This document shows, piece by piece, positions 1 to 8,177 of a stretch of 64,000 nt of DNA (within the stretch, counting starts at the first letter, position 1; every line of letters starts with the position of its first letter). Where the stretch lies: positions 284,702 through 348,701 of the IMG/VR virus record IMGVR_UViG_3300023174_000038. One strand, given 5' to 3'. The notes beneath the pieces were generated by a model that was given only the letters and a program-made list of their open reading frames with translations, did not search any database and was not told the origin of the DNA. A program made the position numbers and the translations under genes.

Positions 1-271
1 TGGTTATTGCCGTATTACCGGTAGAATACCCGTATCCAAAAATAGCTTTATCTGTACCGTAACCTGCGGCTGCAAGTTGATATCTAGCAGTGCCCACACC
101 AGTTGTATCTGTAGCAACTACACCCGCACTTGTTACTAGGTTGGTTATTGCTGTTACACCTACCCCACCAATGTATCCATATCCAAATATAGCTTTATTA
201 CCGCCTGGAGGTGGTGTAATAGCCCATCCTCCGCCATTTAATGTTATTCCACCTGTAATTGTTATTGACAT
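1..271 (-). CDS. Gly-rich repeat (Kelch/beta-propeller-like) protein, 5' part, runs off window
   Basis: Not in ORF track; hand translation from ATG at 271: MSITITGGITLNGGGWAITPPPGGNKAIFGYG...GTDKAIFGYG; N-terminus matches the 45943..46890 protein. Confidence 0.8.
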   Translation of the reverse strand, partial: MSITITGGITLNGGGWAITPPPGGNKAIFGYGYIGGVGVTAITNLVTSAGVVATDTTGVGTARYQLAAAGYGTDKAIFGYGYSTGNTAIT

Positions 272-281
272 TTTTTAACCT

Positions 282-1235
282 TTATTGAAAAATTTCTGGA
301 TGTGCTTTGCCAAATATCTTAATATACTTGCCAGCCATTACATCCGCTTCAGCTTCTATTGGACTACCAGGATAACTATCACCCGGCTTAATCATATTTA
401 ATTCACCCTGACGTACATGTGTTAATTCATGGAACACAGTACGTAATATATCTACTAAATTTCTATTAGCACAATAAACCCATACTTCACCCGTCTCTGG
501 ATTATGTCTTCCAGTATGATGACCTTCTTGTGCTTCATCACTATCATAACTAAACTCTATCTTTGGAGTATTTTGTAAATTCAACTTCTTACTTGTCCAA
601 GCAAGAAACTTCTGTACAATAGGATTACTATTCAAATCTTCTTGTTCAGCTTCTGTAATGTAGGGCTTTAATAACTCTGGATCATATCCTTTATGTCTAG
701 CAGAATCTCGTAATCGTCTTAACCCTTTAGCTTCAATTTGTCTTATTCTATCTCTAGACAAGTCAAACCTATCACCAATCTGTTGTAATGTCATGTCATA
801 CCAAAATCTTAAAATTAATACTTTTCGTTGGTCATCGGTTAATCTGTCTAAGCCGTTTTGGATAATTTGTTTAATACTATCATCTGTTGCAGGCTCCTCA
901 CCAGCTGGATCTTTATATGGTACTCGTTCTGCCCTATTATAAATATCGTTTGGATCATTTAATGTTGGCATTTTATTATGAGCTCCACGATATGTAGCAC
1001 CATCTGGGTTGTAATGTCGTCCTCCAACCTCATCTAGTTTATCTTTAATCCAATTGTCTGGAGTTTTATGATATTTTCTAACAAATAAATCATGCAATGC
1101 ATCACCAGTAATACGGTGTTTCTTTGCTATGTTTTTCATTAGCTTATCAATGGTATTATAGTCGTGTTTCTCTAAGCTAGGAAGTTTCTTAGCTAGTTCA
1201 ACTGCGGCTGATTCGTATAGTTCTATTGCTCTCAT
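282..1235 (-). CDS. Modular protein: capsid-targeting-like N-terminus, sigma-70 region 4 HTH, C-terminal HExxH metallopeptidase-like domain
   Basis: Likely start MRAIELYE at 1235 (TAAATA 5 nt upstream); LTDDQRKVLILRFWYDMTLQQIGDRFDLSRDRIRQIEAKGLRRLR is a typical sigma region 4; TVFHELTH..EAEA. Confidence 0.75.
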   Translation of the reverse strand: MRAIELYESAAVELAKKLPSLEKHDYNTIDKLMKNIAKKHRITGDALHDLFVRKYHKTPDNWIKDKLDEVGGRHYNPDGATYRGAHNKMPTLNDPNDIYNRAERVPYKDPAGEEPATDDSIKQIIQNGLDRLTDDQRKVLILRFWYDMTLQQIGDRFDLSRDRIRQIEAKGLRRLRDSARHKGYDPELLKPYITEAEQEDLNSNPIVQKFLAWTSKKLNLQNTPKIEFSYDSDEAQEGHHTGRHNPETGEVWVYCANRNLVDILRTVFHELTHVRQGELNMIKPGDSYPGSPIEAEADVMAGKYIKIFGKAHPEIFQ

Positions 1236-1269
1236 ATTAGTATTTATGCTCACTTTTGATTTCACAGTA

Positions 1270-1338
1270 GCGAATTGTTACATCAGGCCAGCAGCCGGCC
1301 CACACTTGAAAACGCAAAGGTCCTAAGGTAGTGTGTTC
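1270..1338. ncRNA. Candidate structured intergenic RNA
   Basis: GC-rich intergenic stretch with adjacent stems GGCC/GGCC and CACACT/AGTGTG; family not recognised. Confidence 0.3.
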
Positions 1339-2151
1339 TTAATCATTCGTCTTACATTTAGCACGTTTAGCATTGGTTAATGCTCCGTAATCTACTGGCC
1401 ATTCTTTACCAGGCTGTAACTCTTTAGCGTTTGCAGGGAAATGGTACTTTACACCTGCATATTCTTGTATCTGTGCTAATGGAGCACGAAACTGTGTCAA
1501 ATCATTACCCAAATTAACATATGGTTTCTTATGTGGGAACTGCCATCCAGCAACTTCATGTGTAACATTGTTAATAACAATCTTGTAGTAACCATGAGGA
1601 ACAACTACACCATTACCAATCTTTTCATTACCTGTACCATAATATGCACCTACATAAATTGTGAATGGTTGTTTTAGTTGTACTGCCCATCCACGTATAC
1701 TTGTTTCTAATAGTTTCCATATGCCACGATTCAATGAACCATGTTGAGGATACATATTAGTCATTAAAAAACTTTCATATTCTACTTGTTGTGTCCAAGA
1801 TAGATCACCATCTGGTGCAGCATGACCTTTGTCATAACCCGTAGCTACATAATCATCAGGCTTTGCACCATCTTTAATACTAGCATCAGCAACAAAAGCG
1901 TTTGTTCTTGGGAAACAACCTAAAGCATTTTCTGGCTTAAGAGTGTATGCTACATATACTGGTATCTTTGCTGGCGAATCATATGCTACAAGATATGCTT
2001 CACGACATATTGGTTGTGATGGTCTTGCTGTTTGTGCAAATCCGTACGGACTATGTATTTGACATTGTTGTACTGGTAAGGGAGCACGTTGATCCCATGC
2101 AAATATATTTGTTGATATTAGTACTGTTGCTATTGCTATTATTTTTTTCAT
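1339..2151 (-). CDS. DNA/RNA non-specific endonuclease (NucA/EndoG family) with signal peptide
   Basis: YDKGHAAP (DRGH-type) and TNMYPQ..LNRGIWKLLE motifs; N-terminal MKKIIAIATVLISTNIFA. Confidence 0.9.
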   Translation of the reverse strand: MKKIIAIATVLISTNIFAWDQRAPLPVQQCQIHSPYGFAQTARPSQPICREAYLVAYDSPAKIPVYVAYTLKPENALGCFPRTNAFVADASIKDGAKPDDYVATGYDKGHAAPDGDLSWTQQVEYESFLMTNMYPQHGSLNRGIWKLLETSIRGWAVQLKQPFTIYVGAYYGTGNEKIGNGVVVPHGYYKIVINNVTHEVAGWQFPHKKPYVNLGNDLTQFRAPLAQIQEYAGVKYHFPANAKELQPGKEWPVDYGALTNAKRAKCKTND

Positions 2152-2161
2152 TCAATCCTCT

Positions 2162-2788
2162 TTATCCTACTACTGTACGATTCTTTACTTTACTAATTTC
2201 TACACTGAGTGGTGTATTAGTTGTTTTTGCTCTAAATATCTTATCAGTCTCACGTACACCTGGCTTAAGTTCAGATGCTACAATTAAGAATCTTGCTCTA
2301 TTCTTTCTCATGCCAATAAACTCACCTACTAATACTTGGTAATTAGGATAGTTAGGTGTTAAATCTATTTTAGGATTTTCTTGTTCATTGATGCTTTCTG
2401 ACACACCTTGTGCAATTGCTTCACGTGCCTGACGTTCATTTTCTTGTTTGAATCGTTGCATGGCTTGACTATCATTTATTTGTCCACGATCCAGTGCTTG
2501 CCAAATTGGCAAATCAAATGTGAGATATTTTTTTTGTACTGCTTGAGCATAACTAACTTCATTGCCACGACCTTGCCAATCAGGTTTATGCCCCCAAACA
2601 ACAGATACAGATTGACCATTTGGGAAGTTGATACGCATACGCTCTCCATAAAATACATATGTACTACCTTGCCATGTAAAAGCAAGATCGCCATTAACTG
2701 TTTTACCCATAGACCAGCCATGCTTTTTTAACAGTGAATCAACTGCGGCTTGATTATCATTCTCAATAATAAACTCTGTTGCTCTCAT
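2162..2788 (-). CDS. Putative head-packaged two-module protein
   Basis: Start MRATEFIIE resembles T4 IPII/IPIII CTS MKTYQEFIAE; internal junction QGVSE-SINE. Confidence 0.6.
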   Translation of the reverse strand: MRATEFIIENDNQAAVDSLLKKHGWSMGKTVNGDLAFTWQGSTYVFYGERMRINFPNGQSVSVVWGHKPDWQGRGNEVSYAQAVQKKYLTFDLPIWQALDRGQINDSQAMQRFKQENERQAREAIAQGVSESINEQENPKIDLTPNYPNYQVLVGEFIGMRKNRARFLIVASELKPGVRETDKIFRAKTTNTPLSVEISKVKNRTVVG

Positions 2789-3228
2789 TACTCACGTTCT
2801 CTTTTTAATGTTGAACGGATAAACCATGCTTTCTTACCGTATAGGTCTTGCAGTTCAGCCATGTAGTTAGCAATACCCTGTTGACGTTCATTTGTTGCTT
2901 CATCAAACATAGCAACAACAAGTTGACCTAATGTTTCACAATCTTGTAGTAACTCAATAAACATGAGTTCAGCTCTTGGAACTTTAGTTTGGTCTTGAAT
3001 GATACTTAATTCAGCATAACGTGTTAGACTGCCAGGAGTATAGTGACCTAATATTCTGATATATTCAGCTACAGGATCAATAGTAGCATTTACATCTTCA
3101 TACAATGTATTAAAGAATTCGTGATATTGTGGGAAGTTACTTCCCTCCACATTCCAATGAAAGTTTTGTGATTTGATAGCAAAGCTTTGTGTACTAGCTA
3201 ATAGTACTTTTAAATTATCTGATAACAT
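2788..3228 (-). CDS. dps: Dps / ferritin-like protein
   Basis: NFHWNVEGSNFPQYHEFF..Y..D.VAE ferroxidase motifs, 146 aa. Confidence 0.92.
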   Translation of the reverse strand: MLSDNLKVLLASTQSFAIKSQNFHWNVEGSNFPQYHEFFNTLYEDVNATIDPVAEYIRILGHYTPGSLTRYAELSIIQDQTKVPRAELMFIELLQDCETLGQLVVAMFDEATNERQQGIANYMAELQDLYGKKAWFIRSTLKRERE

Positions 3229-3237
3229 GATTACTCG

Positions 3238-6200
3238 TTAGTCTTTCTTTTTTGTATTAACATTGATGGCTTTACCACTACGGTCAGGATTAGGATCTTC
3301 TCTACGTTTACGTTGAGCGGCACTTGCACGACCCTTCTTACCTAGACTATGTGCTTTACTTTGTGGCAAGCATTTTGGTTTACCTTCTCCTGGTTCTCTA
3401 GCACATGGACCTTTAATCTTTCCTTTAGTATCCATGCGAACCCACTTTTCTTTATTAAACCAATCATGCAAACTTTCATCTGCCCTTTCAATACCTTCTA
3501 GTATAGAACTTTCATTCTTCTTCCCACCGTTACCCCAGTTACTTGCGCCTTTGTTGCGACACTTAACTAATGCACCACTGGCATAAGCACTTGGCCATAC
3601 TTTATAACGACTCTTTACTTTGTAGTAGCAAGCATCTTTCTTTTCGTTCATTAATTCTTCACTAACCATTTCGCCACCACAGTGTGGGCAACTTTCACTG
3701 TGTTGGTCTTCATTTGTTTTATTTTTAGCACAACTACCCGGAAAGCCTGCTTTAGTACCAGCAACTCTATGATAGCCGGACCAGCATTTCAATTCATCTA
3801 GTTGATCTTTTGAATGGTCACCGTGTGTTTCACACATACCGCAGTCTTCACAGACCATTTCCATTTCAATGCTTTCATTGTGCTTCTTCTTACCTGCACA
3901 ATGAGCCTTTTGACTAAAGCCTTTAGGATGACTACAGTTAATACTGCTCTTATATTTTTGACTCCAGCCTTCATCCATCTCTTGTTCATTAACGTAAATT
4001 GCGGCAGTTGTTTTATTTAAACTTTGTGGATCTTTTACGCCGGCTGCTACTTTAATTGCTTTAACTTTTTGTCTATAGTCATCAGCATATTCGGCTAATC
4101 TGTAGCCTAACATTTTACCAATTTCTTCAGGTGTAGCTGGTTTATCTTGCGGAGTATTTGCACCAAAAGTTGTGTCTAGTATCTTAGGCCATGCCATCCA
4201 GACCATATTTGATAACTCTTTATATGCTTTGCTTCTTAATTCTTTAATTTGAGCTTCAGCCTCATCTTCAGAAATACTAGGTGCGGGTGCAGGAATAGTT
4301 CCTTTGAATGCTTGAGCATTACCGGCACCGCCTAATCCTGCGGCAGCTAATGCGCCGGCGCCTGCTGCCTTACCCATGTTACCTAAAAACCCTCTACGGT
4401 TCATATCAGCTTCTTTCAAACCTGATTTTTTACGTATATACAATCTATCCTGTAATATTGAAATAGCATTGTCTAACTTTTTATTCAATGATTGATAGTT
4501 ATCTTTTGCACCATACTTAACGTGCATACTAGTATCAGTATCATTCTGCATTGCAGGAGTTAACAAACCTTTACGTTCTAATCTATCAACTAACTTATCT
4601 AATAGTTCTTGCTTTTGTATAGCATTATCTAATTGTGCTAATCTAGCTTTTAATACAGAATGTTTTTCACCAGGTTGTGCAACTGGTGTTGGTTGAAATT
4701 CTCTACGTAAACCTTGTTGTGCTTTTTGTACTGTGTTCTTTTCAAAATCTTGTCTCCAAGCTTCTATTTCAGCTTCACGCTGTTTCTCTATAGCTAATTT
4801 AGCTTGAATCAACGCATCCAATGATGTAGATTTTAATTGATCACCTAAGTTTTCATCAATTGATGCATAACGCTTATCATCTAAATCATCGTGGTAACTT
4901 CTTTGTGGTGGTTTTTTTAGCTCTATTGGTTTCTTAGATGAACCTCTATAACCACGTTCCCATGCCGCTGCACCTGCTGCCGCACTTTTACCATTTTTAA
5001 CAAAGTGATTAATGACTTCTTGTTTACTGTTAAATCTAGGTGATTCTATACCTTCATTTGTTGCCATTTCGCCATCATTACTATGACCATAATATTTGGC
5101 TACTTTTTGTAAATCAGCAGAATTTCTATCGTTAAGATAATCAGTTACTAAATCATGTATCTGATATCTTTGTTCTTGCGGGGCTGGTAATTCTATTTCA
5201 CCTTCACTTGCATCAGCAATATGTGCGGCGCCGGGACTGTCTAAGAACCATATCTCATCATCCTCATCCCATTCTAATCCCCATTTGTCTATTGTTGCAG
5301 TTAATACATAGTTGTTAGTAGTACCTACTACAAATTTGTTACCGCCTATATAACGTGAGCTATTTGGTTGACCGTAATCTTTTGGTCCTTTAGGGCCGCC
5401 AGTTTGTACAAATTCATTTATACCTTGACTGATACCAGATTTCTTTGTATCATTAGCAAATTGTTTTTTAGTTGCACGAACAATACCACTGAAACGTTTA
5501 TCACCACGCTTGTAATCGCCCTCTTTATCAGCTTTTCCTGCATCGGCAGCGGCCGCTGTTTTATATTGTGCTAGTTTCTCATTAGAGATTTCATCTAGTT
5601 GTGATTCAGGCATTAATCCGTGCTTTGTAATACGAGCATCTAATTCATCACGCTCTTTGGAATATTTTTGTATAAGTTCTTTATTACCTACTTGAATTGC
5701 TTGTCTAAGTTTTTCCTGAATGGCATCTGCTAAATCATAGTATTGATCCATTTTCATTCTAGTGGTATTATCTTCTTTTATTGTTTTACCTTGACCTAAT
5801 TGTTGTAAATCACTTGTTAATACATCTTGTGTAACACTACCCATACCTTTTGAAATCGTAATGCGAGAATGTTTACGATCCTTACTCATAGCAACTACTT
5901 TTGATGGTTGTCCAAAATACTTAACAGTATCACCTATCTGTATGTTCTTCATAGATACATTACCAACATTAACCGGTTTATCACCTGCAAAGTTACCTTG
6001 ATCTCCCCATGGGTCATCTAAACTTTCATTTGTACCAGTAGCTAATCTATCATGGTCACTATCACGTTGGGCTTTTTCTGCCGCTGCCTTCATAGCACGA
6101 CCTTTAGCAAAATCTTTTTCTTGTCTTATTAAACCATATGGATCATACTCATCATCATCTGTTTGTGTATGTCTACCACGTTTAGGATATGATGGTGCAT

Positions 6201-6282
6201 CTGCCCCGTATTCTCTTGCTGGATCATTATGTCCGTAAAAAGGATTGGATTCGTTTATTATACCTTTTAGAATATTGCTCAT
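3238..6282 (-). CDS. 1014-aa modular polyprotein, putative head cargo
   Basis: More than 15 short unrelated modules separated by x-x-E junctions (IINE, GTNE, QLDE, GINE, SIDE, GLKE, KHNE, LMNE, SILE); internal Tat-like peptide; Cys/Lys-rich C-terminal modules. Confidence 0.7.
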   Translation of the reverse strand: MSNILKGIINESNPFYGHNDPAREYGADAPSYPKRGRHTQTDDDEYDPYGLIRQEKDFAKGRAMKAAAEKAQRDSDHDRLATGTNESLDDPWGDQGNFAGDKPVNVGNVSMKNIQIGDTVKYFGQPSKVVAMSKDRKHSRITISKGMGSVTQDVLTSDLQQLGQGKTIKEDNTTRMKMDQYYDLADAIQEKLRQAIQVGNKELIQKYSKERDELDARITKHGLMPESQLDEISNEKLAQYKTAAAADAGKADKEGDYKRGDKRFSGIVRATKKQFANDTKKSGISQGINEFVQTGGPKGPKDYGQPNSSRYIGGNKFVVGTTNNYVLTATIDKWGLEWDEDDEIWFLDSPGAAHIADASEGEIELPAPQEQRYQIHDLVTDYLNDRNSADLQKVAKYYGHSNDGEMATNEGIESPRFNSKQEVINHFVKNGKSAAAGAAAWERGYRGSSKKPIELKKPPQRSYHDDLDDKRYASIDENLGDQLKSTSLDALIQAKLAIEKQREAEIEAWRQDFEKNTVQKAQQGLRREFQPTPVAQPGEKHSVLKARLAQLDNAIQKQELLDKLVDRLERKGLLTPAMQNDTDTSMHVKYGAKDNYQSLNKKLDNAISILQDRLYIRKKSGLKEADMNRRGFLGNMGKAAGAGALAAAGLGGAGNAQAFKGTIPAPAPSISEDEAEAQIKELRSKAYKELSNMVWMAWPKILDTTFGANTPQDKPATPEEIGKMLGYRLAEYADDYRQKVKAIKVAAGVKDPQSLNKTTAAIYVNEQEMDEGWSQKYKSSINCSHPKGFSQKAHCAGKKKHNESIEMEMVCEDCGMCETHGDHSKDQLDELKCWSGYHRVAGTKAGFPGSCAKNKTNEDQHSESCPHCGGEMVSEELMNEKKDACYYKVKSRYKVWPSAYASGALVKCRNKGASNWGNGGKKNESSILEGIERADESLHDWFNKEKWVRMDTKGKIKGPCAREPGEGKPKCLPQSKAHSLGKKGRASAAQRKRREDPNPDRSGKAINVNTKKKD

Positions 6283-6283
6283 A

Positions 6284-7165
6284 TCACGCTTTCTTATTCT
6301 TGTTATCTAACATGCCACGCTTATTAGCTGTTGCCCAAGCAATGTTCTCCGCTTCTTTTTTACTGTGACCTAATTTCTTTTCACTTTGTGCTACATGCTT
6401 AACCATACGGTCTACTTTAGCACCTTCATCTATTGGTGCATGAACTGGACATTGGTCTTGACCATGTGTTCTACACACACATTTCAAATTAGGTTTGCCT
6501 TCTGCTACGCCCTGTTGACCATACGTATCAAGAATTTGTCTAACATAAAAATTATAAAAACCACGACGGCTATTGTATTCTCTATCTCCAAGTACAGTCT
6601 TTAGTGCTTTTACAGCATCAGTTACTTCTGGGCCACGCATTATTTTTAATGAGTCAGTAACTAGTGTATCACCTCTTTGTGAGCCTTCTGATACACCTTG
6701 AACTTGTTTACCTTCTAAGTATTCACGTATAGTGTTTAGATAATCATTGGCTTTAATAATCTTTTCTTGTACCCAACCATCAAGACCTTCTTCTTCACTA
6801 AGGTCTTTAATCATTGAATAAACTTGTTGAGCATTCTTTGCGGCACTGAATAGATCACTACGTGCCATCTCAACTTCGTGGTCTATACGACTTTGACCAT
6901 GTGGCACAAATCCATTTTTACGACTACGTCCTTGTCCCGGAACGACAATAACATCATCTTCTTGTAGTTCTGCTTCACTTATTTCAGCACTTTCATTAAT
7001 GCTGTTAGCATATGGAGCACTAGTCTTTTTACCCTTGAATAGTGTGCCTACTTTCTTGCCACCATATATGCTAGGATTTCCCCTAGATTGTGTGCCACCT
7101 AATGGTGAATTTACAGTAGCTATTGCACCTGCTGTTGTAGTTTCAGTGATTTGTTTGATTTTCAT
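6284..7165 (-). CDS. Modular putative head-packaged protein
   Basis: MKIKQITE start; junctions SINE, ELQE, QGVSE, QGVAE, PIDE. Confidence 0.65.
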   Translation of the reverse strand: MKIKQITETTTAGAIATVNSPLGGTQSRGNPSIYGGKKVGTLFKGKKTSAPYANSINESAEISEAELQEDDVIVVPGQGRSRKNGFVPHGQSRIDHEVEMARSDLFSAAKNAQQVYSMIKDLSEEEGLDGWVQEKIIKANDYLNTIREYLEGKQVQGVSEGSQRGDTLVTDSLKIMRGPEVTDAVKALKTVLGDREYNSRRGFYNFYVRQILDTYGQQGVAEGKPNLKCVCRTHGQDQCPVHAPIDEGAKVDRMVKHVAQSEKKLGHSKKEAENIAWATANKRGMLDNKNKKA

Positions 7166-7219
7166 AAGGATTTCCGTACTAATAGTGTATTTATCAAAAT
7201 ACCATAATATGGAAACTTA

Positions 7220-8134
7220 TTAGATTTTGCCTGAGGGCTTTGCTGTTGGTGGGATACCTGCTCTACTAGTATTCCAATAGAATGCTTTTGCGTTCTTTTT
7301 GATACTGTCAGGCTTAACATCTACTGTTAATGCTGTACTAAAACGAGGGTCATTCTTCTGTTTTTTGCTTGGGATATAGCCCGAAGCTTCACCTACATAC
7401 ATTTCATCTACATTAGCGTACATATTGTCTAAACTTAAATGTTTGCTATGTAATTTGTCTCTCAAGTCATATAGTTTTGTAATATAGCCCCTGCTACGTA
7501 ATGCTTTATATGCTAAATTTTCAGGGCTAAACTCACCACCTTTATCTAATCCAGCTTGACGATATTGTTTAATCTTTTTTAATACTTTATTGACTTTACT
7601 TATTTTATCAGATTGTAATACTGTATCAATAATGTCTAATAGTTTTATATATTTTGCTTTAGTAGCTGTTTGGTCAAAGTTAGCTCTACGTTTTGCAGGC
7701 ATACGCAACCATTTATTATCTTTAACACTATACTCACCTAAGCTAGTGACAGGTTCTGCCGCATCTTGTATGTATAATTCTACCGGAATTCCATTGATAG
7801 TAATATCATGTGAATCATTGTATAAATCTTTTTTAGCCTTAAAGAATTCATGGTAAATGTCATCGTCAGGTAAATCCTTCATATTGACTAAGATATGTAA
7901 ATCTAAATCACTATGGTCTGTATAACTATAGGCTGCATTACTTCCGGATATAGTAATATCACGTACATCCAAATCATGTATACCCATCTCTTGTAAGAAA
8001 TCTTGTGCTATGTGTTTTAGTTGTAGTTCAACTTCAGGTTGAAGATGTTGTCCACGGAATAACTTTGGATTGAGGTTATCGTGAAATGTCACAGCATCTG
8101 ACATTTTGAATGAATGTAATTCTTTTAAGTCCAT
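7220..8134 (-). CDS. Pol-beta superfamily nucleotidyltransferase with C-terminal E-delimited module
   Basis: ITISGSNA.YSY...SDLDLH (GS + DxD) with downstream ELYIQD. Confidence 0.8.
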   Translation of the reverse strand: MDLKELHSFKMSDAVTFHDNLNPKLFRGQHLQPEVELQLKHIAQDFLQEMGIHDLDVRDITISGSNAAYSYTDHSDLDLHILVNMKDLPDDDIYHEFFKAKKDLYNDSHDITINGIPVELYIQDAAEPVTSLGEYSVKDNKWLRMPAKRRANFDQTATKAKYIKLLDIIDTVLQSDKISKVNKVLKKIKQYRQAGLDKGGEFSPENLAYKALRSRGYITKLYDLRDKLHSKHLSLDNMYANVDEMYVGEASGYIPSKKQKNDPRFSTALTVDVKPDSIKKNAKAFYWNTSRAGIPPTAKPSGKI

Positions 8135-8138
8135 AGAG

Positions 8139-8144
8139 TATTTA
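8139..8144 (-). promoter_or_regulatory. Representative T4-like late promoter (TAAATA, mostly GATAAATA)
   Basis: Same hexamer directly upstream of many genes (1241, 17227, 22729, 36929, 37647, 47666, 54947, 60617 on minus; 18474, 44076, 49588 on plus); T4 consensus is TATAAATA. Confidence 0.75.
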
Positions 8145-8156
8145 TCTAAAAACTAT

Positions 8157-8176
8157 AAAGCCCCTTTCGGGGCTTT
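8157..8176. terminator. Intrinsic terminator hairpin
   Basis: AAAGCCCC-TTTC-GGGGCTTT just after the stop of 8178..9149. Confidence 0.75.
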
Positions 8177-8177
8177 A

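Noticed and set aside
1270-1338. Calling the intergenic element a hammerhead, twister or HDV-like ribozyme
   Set aside because: No NUH site or stem III for hammerhead, no P4 pairing around GGTCCTAAG for twister, no P2 partner for HDV-like; kept only as an unassigned element
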